Positions 55,209-64,000 of a stretch of 64,000 nucleotides of DNA are shown piece by piece. How positions within the stretch are numbered: the first letter of the stretch is position 1; each line of letters opens with the position of its first letter. The stretch is from NCBI GenBank assembly GCA_964291215.2, contig OZ219791.1, positions 800,001 through 864,000 on the forward strand, written 5' to 3'. The position numbers were made by a program, and so were the translations under genes. Source of the DNA: Alphaproteobacteria bacterium. Lineage in GTDB: Bacteria; Pseudomonadota; Alphaproteobacteria; MPNO01; UBA830. The notes beneath the pieces were generated by a model that saw only the letters and a program-made list of their open reading frames with translations, had not been told where the DNA came from and did not search any database.

Positions 55209-56008
55209 CCGGCCGCCGGCAAGGTCCGGCGTCGATCCGCGTTTACAACGCAAGCAAGGTTTTCGCGCCCGGCACGCAGAACGAAAAGACCGCCCTGAAC
55301 AAGGTGGCTTTCGCACTGGAGGACGGCGAATTCGCCGTCGTCATCGGCAGTAACGGTGCGGGCAAGAGTACGCTTCTGAACGCCCTTGCCGGCGAAATCC
55401 TGCTCGATTCGGGGGGAATCCTGATCGACGGACAGGATGTCCGAAGCCAGCCTGTCTACAAGCGGGCGAAGCTTATTTCGCGTGTGTTCCAGGACCCGAT
55501 GTTGGGCACGGCACCGGAACTCAGCATCGAGGAAAACCTCGCTGTCGCCGTCAGGCGCGGCAAGCGGAAGACCTTCAGGCTGGGGCTCAACCGACGTAAC
55601 CGGGAGTATTTTCGGGAGCGGATTTCCGTCCTCGGGCTCGGGCTGGAGAACCGCCTGTCAGAGAAGGTTCGGTCGCTCTCGGGTGGCCAGCGCCAGTCCC
55701 TGGCCCTGATCATGGCGGCCCTTCTCGCACCGCGGCTGATGCTGCTCGACGAGCACACGTCCGCCCTCGATCCGCGCGCGGCCGAGCTCGTGCTCAAGCT
55801 GACATCGGAGGTGGTGACCGGAGACAAGATCACCACCCTCATGGTCACCCACAATATGCAGCATGCGCTGCGCTTCGGCACAAGGCTTTTCATGATGCAC
55901 GAGGGCGGGATCGTCCTCGACGCGCCGGAGGAGGAGAAGGCGGGTCTCACCGTGAACGACCTAGTCGGGCGGTTCCTCGTCACCGACGACAAGATGCTTC
56001 TGGGCTGA
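55205..56008 (+). CDS. ABC transporter ATP-binding protein
   Basis: GSNGAGKS, LSGGQRQ, LLDEHTSALDP. Confidence 0.88.
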   Translation: MTGRRQGPASIRVYNASKVFAPGTQNEKTALNKVAFALEDGEFAVVIGSNGAGKSTLLNALAGEILLDSGGILIDGQDVRSQPVYKRAKLISRVFQDPMLGTAPELSIEENLAVAVRRGKRKTFRLGLNRRNREYFRERISVLGLGLENRLSEKVRSLSGGQRQSLALIMAALLAPRLMLLDEHTSALDPRAAELVLKLTSEVVTGDKITTLMVTHNMQHALRFGTRLFMMHEGGIVLDAPEEEKAGLTVNDLVGRFLVTDDKMLLG

Positions 56009-56016
56009 GCGCCGCG

Positions 56017-56898
56017 ATGGACTTCGTCGAGATTTATTTCAACCTGTTCGCGGTGAGCCTCGTCCAGGGCGCGATCTTCGCTTTTCCCGCGCTCGCCGTG
56101 ATGATCCCCTTCCGCATGCTGGGGCTGCCCGACCTGACCTCGGAGGGTGCCTTTCCCTTCGGCGCGGCGATCGTGGCAACGGTCACGGTTGCGGGCTTCG
56201 ATCCGGTGCTCAGCCTGTCGGCGGCGGTCCTGTTCGGCTTCGTCGTAGGCGCCGCCACCGCGTTGATCCATATTTTTCTGCGGGTACCCTCACTGCTCGC
56301 CGGGATCATCGTGCTGACCATGCTGTTCAGCATCAATATCCGGGTTATGGGAAAACCAAATACCGCGCTCTTCGACAACGATTCGATCTTCACCCTGGCG
56401 CTCGGCGCCGACGGGGGCGAGCCGTGGACCCAATTCGTGCTGATCCTCGCCTTGGCACTTGTCTTTGTCGTCGTCTTCTACTGGTTCCTTAACACCGAAC
56501 TCGGCATGGCGCTCCGCTGCGTCGGCGCCAACCAGACGATGTCCCGCGCGCAGGGTATCCCAACGAACTGTTACATCGTCGCCGGGATCGCCATGGCCGG
56601 CGGGTTCAGCGCCTTCGGCGGCGCGGTGATGGCCCAGCACCAAGCTTATGCCGACGTCAATATGGGGGTCGGTGTGCTGATCGTCGGCCTGGCGGCGACG
56701 ATCCTGGGCGAGACCTTGGTCGGGCGCAGTACCCTGACCCGCCAGCTTGCCGCTCCGGTGATTGGATCGCTAGCCTATTTCCAGGTGGTGGCGGTGGCGC
56801 TCGCGCTCGGCCTGAAACCCTCCGACCTCAAGCTGCTCACCGGCCTATTCGTGCTGATCACGCTCGCCACTCCCATCCTCATGCGCGCGAAACGGTAG
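56017..56898 (+). CDS. ABC transporter permease
   Basis: PDLTSEGAFPFG; multiple TM helices. Confidence 0.88.
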   Translation: MDFVEIYFNLFAVSLVQGAIFAFPALAVMIPFRMLGLPDLTSEGAFPFGAAIVATVTVAGFDPVLSLSAAVLFGFVVGAATALIHIFLRVPSLLAGIIVLTMLFSINIRVMGKPNTALFDNDSIFTLALGADGGEPWTQFVLILALALVFVVVFYWFLNTELGMALRCVGANQTMSRAQGIPTNCYIVAGIAMAGGFSAFGGAVMAQHQAYADVNMGVGVLIVGLAATILGETLVGRSTLTRQLAAPVIGSLAYFQVVAVALALGLKPSDLKLLTGLFVLITLATPILMRAKR

Positions 56899-56939
56899 AC
56901 TTTATCCCGGCACGACATGACCTTGTATGATCGGGGCCC

Positions 56940-57626
56940 TCGGCGGGTATGCCGATGTCCTGTTGGTGGCAGCTCCCCAACAGCGCTTTTAATTTACCCT
57001 GCCGTGGATTCCATAAGCCGGGCCGTTGTTCAGGTATCGGCTGTTTTCCGGGCCGGCCGCCGTTCCAAATCGCGTCCCGCCACTTCCAGATAATCGGCGC
57101 CGTGAAGACCAGCCCGACGGCGAAGAAGTCTCTTGCGCTGGAGCAGGAGGTTGCGCCTTTGGGCCGGCTTCTTGCCGAGGCTGGCGTTGACGCGCGGAAG
57201 TTGTCGGCATGTCTCGTGTTGTTCCCGATCAGGTGCAACCGCTCAAACCGTTCCTCGCGGCGCCAGCCAATTCAATGGTCCCGCGGCGCACAGCTGAAGG
57301 CGCCCGTCTGCCAGCCCGCAGCGCCAATCCACCGTCCGCGCCAGGTGAACACGTAGCGCAGACCTCGACCGGCAAACTGCTTGAAACCAAGATAGTGATG
57401 ACGGTCAACCACACGGTTCCAGCGACACACCTCATCGGGTCGCGCAAGGCCCACAACCACATCCCGGAGCGTAAAACTCTCCGGCGTCGCCTCGAACAAA
57501 CCCGTTCACTGTCCCTCTATCACAACACCGGATGTCACGGCGCTTCACAAAAAGTCAACGAAAATGCGAATCATCCGGAACAAGCGGAACCAATCCTTCC
57601 AATAAACCCAGCGTGGGATAGTTTTG
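56940..57626 (-). mobile_element. ISAs1-type element A, 5' (DUF4338) remnant; left limit approximate
   Basis: End CAAAACTATCCCACGCT; HHYLGFKQFAGRGLRYV...WIGAAGW; paralog of about 61330-62030. Confidence 0.7.
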
Positions 57627-58101
57627 CCGCTGTCGCAAGGTGATCCCATGCTTGTTGATGTGATGTGATCGGAGTCCTGATCGCGGCGCGGGTTGACGCG
57701 TTCGAGGCTGCGATTTTGAGATTTGCTGACGCGCTGTTGCGGCGCGGGGTGCGATTGGTCGACCTATCCGGGGCGAGCGAGAGGCCTTGGTTGCCGGGCT
57801 CGAAAGCTTGCGGTTTCTGTCGGGGAGAGAGGCGCGGTCAGCCTGGTCTCGTGATTGCGTGCAGGACCTGCTTGCGCTTGTCCGCATGGTTGTGTCGACG
57901 AAGCTGTTGAAGGGTTTGGTCAGCTTGCGCTTGTTGTGGATGATGACGGCGATTGCGAGGGTGATCGCGTTGTTTGCGAACGCGTTCGGAGCATGGAGTC
58001 GTCTTCGCGGAAGGTGGCATCGCGGACATGATGATGGCTCTCGACTACCCAGTGTCCGCGATTCCATGCGAGCAACTGTTGCGGCGAGGCGCGTTCGACC
58101 G

Positions 58102-59457
58102 AGCATCCATGTTTCTTGGCAAGGTTTTTGCGGGTGTCTGTGGTGATGTTTTCTGTGGTTGTCCACAAGCGGTATGGGATTTGCTCTGCGATCGAGGCGA
58201 CATGAAGCTTGTGGTCCCGGCGGCGGGTTGCCGTCCATTGGTCACGTGAACGCGGCTACCTTGCCGTCCCCGGGCACGTGACCGTCCGGGTTCCAGGTGT
58301 CCCAAGGCGGTTCGATCTCCTTGATGTCGACCTCGACGATGATCTGCAGACATTCTCCCCAAGTCGTGTCGTAGAGGGAGACTGTCGATACAGTCCCGAT
58401 CGCGCTCTCGGCAGGGGTGAGGGCCATGAGGGTGGTCTCCTTCGCTCACTCACCGGTGCTTCAGGCAACGCTGCTGTCGCAGCAAGGTGTTCGCCAGAGC
58501 TTGCGCATCACGGCGACAATCGCGACCTTGCTTGCCGGCAGTCTTGAGGCGCTCGAACACGCTTGCCAGGTCCGCGTTGAAGCGGGCCGGTTGCGGCCAG
58601 GAGATCGCGTGGCCTTCGGCGCCCGCCACGGATGTGCCGAGCACCGTGGTCGTTGGCGCCACCCCGATCAAGGCTGCCGACGCTGCCGAGTTCGGGCATC
58701 CAGAAGGGCCGCGGCGGTCACCGGACCGGGGTCAGGATGACGTAGCTCTGCTCGGGATCACCGGCGATCACCGCTTTGATCGCCGCGCCGGCAATGCGGT
58801 CATCGAGATCGGCCGCTAAGGCCCTTGTGACGGTCTCGCCATCCACCTCATCTGCCACCTGCTTGGCGTCGACAAGCGCGGCACCAGGAGATCCTCCAGG
58901 CTCTTGAGGAAGGCGGAGCCACAGGCTCACCGTGCCGATCTTGGCGTCGAAGCGGTTGGCCCATCGCCTCGGCGAAGCGCCCGCAACGGGTTGACGAGAA
59001 TAACCTCGAAGCCCCGGTCATGAAGACACTGGTGAACCTTGCGGTGATAGCGGCCTGTCGCCCACCACCCGGCTCACCCCGAGGCCGCGAAGCCACCTGC
59101 CCGTGGCGTCGTCCGCAAAACAATGCGCCAGATGTCCAGACTGGCTGACCCCTGCTACTACCTTGACCATCGTCCCTTGCTCCTCGCCTTACGATGGGTT
59201 CAAACCCAAGCATCCATTCAGGACGCGAGGGACGTCAAGGGAGGTTGGCCGACCACACTCGGTCGCGGCTCTGTCAAGGTCGAAATGGCAACCTCCGCGG
59301 AGATCGTTTGATCTCCGCTCCCCTGTGCGTGTTCGCTCAGGGAAGCGGAATCTCTCTGCAACCATAAACCGGACGCTCTCCCACAGATCCACATTTCCCC
59401 GCCCCCAACTGCTGTGGATGATTTCATCATCAAGGGGACAAAACCTGGTCATATAAG
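58102..59457 (-). mobile_element. IS110-family element copy 2 (CT core)
   Basis: Removal restores the ISAs1 frame ATGAC-CT-CGGTCGAAC (M-T-S-V-E-R). Confidence 0.9.
59173..59442 (-). ncRNA. Predicted IS110 bridge RNA (copy 2)
   Basis: Same stems as copy 1; donor guide ATGGATGCT; target guide CGACCGAG complementary to its own flank. Confidence 0.78.
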
Positions 59458-59526
59458 GTCATGGCGTGTTCGGTTTTCCGGATTTCTTGAATTCGACGTG
59501 CCGAGTGACGCGGAAGATCTGCTTGA

Positions 59527-60752
59527 CTAGTAGTCCACCGGCATTGTATTGATGGTTTTTGGTGGGTAGTATTCCTGTGTCGGCATCCGTTGGAATCTGG
59601 ACAGTGTCGATATCCACACGGGCAAGATGCCGAACAGGCAGGCAGCCGCAGCCCCATGTGCAGGTCCGGACAACGGGAGCGGCGCAATGACAGGAGCAAC
59701 GTATATGGCCAACTCTCGGGGCAGGAAGCTCTACCGGGTGACCCTTTCAGCGCAGGAGCGCCGGGATCTGAAGGCGATTGTCGACGGCACCGGGGCTGCC
59801 TGGCGTCGGCGCCGGGCACAAATCCTGATGCTGAGGGGGCGCTTGTCGATGCCGACATTGCGCAAGGGCTGGGCACGGCGACGATTGAGCGCTTGCGCAA
59901 GCGCTGCGTCCTGGAGGGGCTGGACGCCGCCCTCAGCCGCAAGGAGCAGGTGAACCGTCGGCCGAAACGGCTGGACGGGGCGATGGAGGCGAAGCTGGTC
60001 TCGTCCCCGCCCGAGGGCTGTGGACGCTGAAGCTGCTCGCCAGCCGTCTGGTGGAGATCGTCGAGCGCATTTCGGAAGAGACGGTCAGGAAGACGCTAAA
60101 AAAAAGAGATCAAGCCGTGGCTGAACTGGTGCATTCCACCGCACCGGAGCGCACAGTTCGTGGCGGCGGACGTGCTTGACATTTATCAGCGGGACTTTGC
60201 CAGGGACGAGGTGCTGAGACCAGCCGGCAGCAGACGAAGGAAACCCGCATCCCTCGTCCCCCGGTCAGCCGGAGGTGGTCGACCATGAATATGAGCGCAA
60301 CGGCACGGCCAACCTCTTCATGGCCTTTGCGCCCAACGAGAACTGGCGCACGGTGAAAGTCACCGACCGCCGCGGGACTGGGCACACTTCATCCGGGAGC
60401 TTGCCGACGACCATTTCCCCGACAGGAAGATCGTGCTGGTCAATTTGAACACGCACAGTCACTGTATGAAGCCTTCGAGCCCGAGGAGGCGGGTGCGAAA
60501 GCGGTTCGAGTTTCGCTATACGCCGAAGCACGGAAGCTGGCTCAACATGGCCGAAATCGAGATCGGTGCGCTGTCGCGGCAGTGCCTTCGGCGACGCATT
60601 CCCGACCGCGACAGCATGCTGCGGGAGACCGTGGCGTGGGTCGAGCGCCGCAATGCGGCCGATGTCACTGTCGACTGGCGTTTCACGACGAAGGATGCCC
60701 GGACGAAACTGAAGTCACTATATCCATCAATATAATAATGCTAGACTACTAG
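59527..60752 (+). mobile_element. IS630-family element copy B, degenerate
   Basis: CTAG at both ends; YTPKHGSWLNMAEIE, WRFTTKDARTKL. Confidence 0.9.
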
Positions 60753-62120
60753 TTGATCATCTTCGCCAGCGGGCTGAAGATGGTGCGCTGGCGGCCATGG
60801 GCGGGCTTTTCGCTGTAGCGTCCCGTGCTCGCGGTCTTCCAGTTGATGCTCTCGAAGGTGCGTTGCCCTTGACCATCAGTCCGCGCGATGGGTCTCGATG
60901 ATCAGCCTCGCGGGTGGTGTGGAGCGCGTCGAGGGTGAGCAGACGGCCGGCAACCGGTGCCGTCTCGAGCGCGGCGTGGACGGCAGCGATCTCCCCGTCG
61001 TGATAGTTGAAGATCGAATACCGGCCAGCGAGACCGTCTCGTAATGATCCTCGCCGGTGCGGCCGCGCTTGCCGTCGACCGCGTTGCCGACCTGCGGCTG
61101 CGCGCCGCATCCTCGATCCATCCCGGGTCGGTGTTCTGCAGCACCCGGTGCACGGTCGATCTGGAGACCGGCTTGTCCCTGTTCTTCCATGCTGCTCCAG
61201 CTCCTTCTGCGTCGTAGTGCGCCGCCGCAACCGCACCGTGCCGGTTCGCAAGCCAGCAAAATCACGCACAGCACCGAGGCGATGCGGTGCCCCTGCGCGC
61301 GCCGGAAAGCGCCGCTGATAAATCGAGCGCAACTCCTGCGCCGACCAGCGGCGCCCGCAACTCCCACGCCACAGGAAGCGGCGAACGATCCCGCGTCACG
61401 ACGCAACGGAAACACGTAAAGATCCTTCGCCTCCCCGGTCGGCGCCCGCTGGCGCGCGCATGGCCCCTGCCAACGCACTCCCGGTTCGCCGCCTTGTACA
61501 TGGTGCCGCTGAACTTCGTCGGCGAAACAAACGACTCCGCAACAAGTAACGGATGGCCGTACGCAGCCTCCCAGTCGCCACCGAGACGCCGCACCATCCG
61601 CGACAACGCAAACGAGGCAAGGCCCGGAAACGACCACCAGGAACAACAAACCTCGTGTTGTTCCCGGCAACCGCCTGAACTGTTCCTCGCGGCGCCAGCC
61701 AATCCAACGGGTGCGCAGCTGAGGGCGCCCGTCTGCCAGCCCGCAGCACCAATCCACCGCCCGCGCCAGGTGAACACGTAGCGCAGATCCCGACCGGCAA
61801 ACTGCTTGAAACCAAGGATGACGGTCAACGACACGATTCCAGCGACATCAGGCCGCGCAAGGCGCACAACCACATCCCGGAGCACAAAACCCTCTGGAGT
61901 CGTCTCAAAAAAATCCGCTGCCTCCACGACAACGGATACTACGCCGCTTCACAAAAAGTCAGCGAAAATGCGAATCATCCTGAACAAGCAAAACCGACCC
62001 TTCCAACAAACCTGGCGTGGGATCGCCGTGCCGCCGTCGTCATGGAGGTTGCGCGCCATGGCCCGCTGCGGCATGGTGTGCAGATTCACCCCTCTGTCGG
62101 CAGAATTGGGCGTTCAGGCC

Positions 62121-62645
62121 ATGAAGTCCGTCGATCTGAAAGAGCACATCAGGACGATACCGGACTTCCCCAAGCCCGGAATACTCTTCTATGACATCTC
62201 GACGCTGCTTCGCCACCCGGGTGCCTGGCGAGCGGCTGTCCGCGACCTGTCGCGGGTGGTCGGAGCAGATACCCCCGACATGCTCGCCGGTATCGAGGCG
62301 CGTGGCTTTCTCGTCGCCGGGGCGGTCGCTGTTGATCTCGGCGTCGGACTCGCCATGGTGCGCAAGACCGGCAAGTTGCCCGGCGCGACGCTGTCCCACA
62401 GCTACGAGCTCGAATACCGGGTCGACTCGGTGGAAATCCAGACAGATGCCGTGGAATCCGGCCGGAGCGTCGTTGTCGTCGACGACGTGCTGGCCACCGG
62501 CGGCACTGCGGCGGCGGCCATCGAATTGTTGCGCCGCGCCGGCGCTCGTGTCGTGGCGGCCGCCTTCGTCATCGAACTCGGTTTTCTCGACGGCCGCGAC
62601 TATCTCGACATCCCCGTGGTCTCGCTCGTCCGGTACGATCGGTAG
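62121..62645 (+). CDS. apt: Adenine phosphoribosyltransferase
   Basis: IPDFPKPGILFYD, EARGF, RKTGKLP, VDDVLATGGT. Confidence 0.92.
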   Translation: MKSVDLKEHIRTIPDFPKPGILFYDISTLLRHPGAWRAAVRDLSRVVGADTPDMLAGIEARGFLVAGAVAVDLGVGLAMVRKTGKLPGATLSHSYELEYRVDSVEIQTDAVESGRSVVVVDDVLATGGTAAAAIELLRRAGARVVAAAFVIELGFLDGRDYLDIPVVSLVRYDR

Positions 62646-62747
62646 CCAGCCACGCTACGGCCCGGGACGTGCACGACTACCGGGCTCACCTGCCATGCGG
62701 ATCTCGATGGAGGCGTGTTTTACCCGTGGCGGCGGAAGGCGGCCCCT

Positions 62748-64000
62748 CTAGCGTTCCGGGGGCTGCGCGGCGAACTCCGAATCCTTGAGACAGAAGCGCC
62801 CTTCCGGATCCTGCCACAGCGTCTCGTCCGCGTGGAGGATGCCGAGCGCGCGGGTCACGGCCTGGAATCCGCGGTCGGCGAATTTCTCGCAGAGCTCGGC
62901 GAAATAGAGTGGCCGTTCGGAGATCACGTGTCTGATCTCGGCGGCCAGCGCCTCGGGCGCGACATCGGCGACCGACGGGCTTGCGCCGTCGGCGGAGCCG
63001 AGGAAATCCTCCAGCCTCGCGTCGTCGGCATAGGCATAGCTTATCCGGTGGAACCGTTCGTGTGGCACGTTGTCGGGAATGGTCGCGTCGATGCCCATCT
63101 TCGCCGTCGTCGGCACTCGCGAATAGGGCCCGGGCGGGGGCAGGCTGGGATCGAGGGGTTTCGACCGCGCGCCGGAAATGATGGTCACATCGCGGTCTGC
63201 CTGGACCCGGGTTGCCACTGCCCATTCGACGTCGGTCGCGTCGAAGACGTCGATGTCGTCGTTGACCACCGTCACGTGCTTCATGTCGGCGACCGAGAGC
63301 GCGGCGAGGATGGCGTTCTTGCCGTCGCCGGCGAGCGGCCGGATCGCGATCACGGCATGCCAGTGGCAGCATCCGCCGGGTGTGATGTTGACCGCGGTGA
63401 CGTTCACGCCGGCCTCCGCCAGCACCCTGCGAACGGCGGCCTCGTAGATCGGGCCCGAAGGCCAGATGTTCTCCCACGGCATGTGCAGGGCGTAATAGAC
63501 TGGGTCCCGACGCATGGATACCGCCTTGATCCGGACCAGCGGGTTCCAGTGCAGTCCGCCCATGAGCCGTGTGAACTCGCCGAACCTTCCCTCGGGCCGG
63601 GTCCACCCCGTGGGCAGGATTTCCGCCTCGAGCACGATCTCGGCATCGGCGATGCACGGCAGGTCGACGGTGCCGCACTGTGTCAGCTTGACTCCTTCGC
63701 CGCGCATGCCGCCGGCGATACCGAGCTCGCTGACCCCGTCGCGCGCCTTGTAGGTCGCCGAGATCAACTCGAACGGATGCGTGCCGATATTGATCGAGAT
63801 GGGCAGCGGCCTGCCCTTAGCGAGGGCCTTCTCGACGTAGCGGTGGAGGTTGTTGGGCGTGACGATGTCGATGCCCGTCAGGTTGCGTTCCTTGACGAGA
63901 AATCGGTAGATCCCGGCGTTCAGCGGGGCGTCATCGTCGTCGGGGTCACGCGAGATCGTAACTCCCGCCGTGATCATGGGGCCGCCGTCGAGCACCGAGA
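62748..64000 (-). CDS. UbiD-family (prFMN) decarboxylase; 5' end lies outside the window
   Basis: NAGIYR, EGRFGEF, DDIDVFD..DVEWAVATR, KMGIDAT. Confidence 0.88.
   Translation of the reverse strand, partial: SVLDGGPMITAGVTISRDPDDDDAPLNAGIYRFLVKERNLTGIDIVTPNNLHRYVEKALAKGRPLPISINIGTHPFELISATYKARDGVSELGIAGGMRGEGVKLTQCGTVDLPCIADAEIVLEAEILPTGWTRPEGRFGEFTRLMGGLHWNPLVRIKAVSMRRDPVYYALHMPWENIWPSGPIYEAAVRRVLAEAGVNVTAVNITPGGCCHWHAVIAIRPLAGDGKNAILAALSVADMKHVTVVNDDIDVFDATDVEWAVATRVQADRDVTIISGARSKPLDPSLPPPGPYSRVPTTAKMGIDATIPDNVPHERFHRISYAYADDARLEDFLGSADGASPSVADVAPEALAAEIRHVISERPLYFAELCEKFADRGFQAVTRALGILHADETLWQDPEGRFCLKDSEFAAQPPER

Larger units (their letters stand above)
57636..62030 (-). mobile_element. 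ISAs1-type element B (DUF4338-ISAs1 transposase) with nested IS630 and IS110
   Basis: TIRs CACGGCGATCCCACGC / CAAGGTGATCCCATGC; 9-bp TSD CCGC(T/C)GTCG; AVDGK, TLDALHT, VKGN, RGHWVVE..HHVRD..FRED. Confidence 0.82.

Overview
GC-rich alphaproteobacterial chromosome segment; gene order resembles Rhodospirillales. The core blocks are intact: yejABEF-like ABC transporter, alkA/gluQ, etfBA-hbd, ccmABCDE, acnA, mdh-sucCDAB-lpdA and apt. Four clusters of nested, decayed mobile elements lie between them (about 12.2-17.9, 24.6-27.4, 42.2-53.3 and 56.9-62.0 kb): IS66, IS630, IS110, IS4/Tn5-like, ISAs1, ISAzo13, IS30, MITEs and two group II introns. Main observations: (1) Two IS110 copies have readable bridge-RNA architecture (CT core, circle-junction promoter, shared donor loop). 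Their target loops differ, each right guide matches its own insertion site inside another transposon, and both carry a cargo ORF. (2) Mobile DNA is densely eroded by deletions bounded by microhomologies. (3) A recurrent CCGG versus CTGG/CCAG substitution hotspot suggests CCGG methylation with Vsr-like repair. (4) A group II intron inserts antisense into a conserved IS66 motif. (5) DUF4338 (DruA-like) domains are fused to two different transposase families. No rRNA, tRNA or CRISPR array was seen. All alignments were done by eye.
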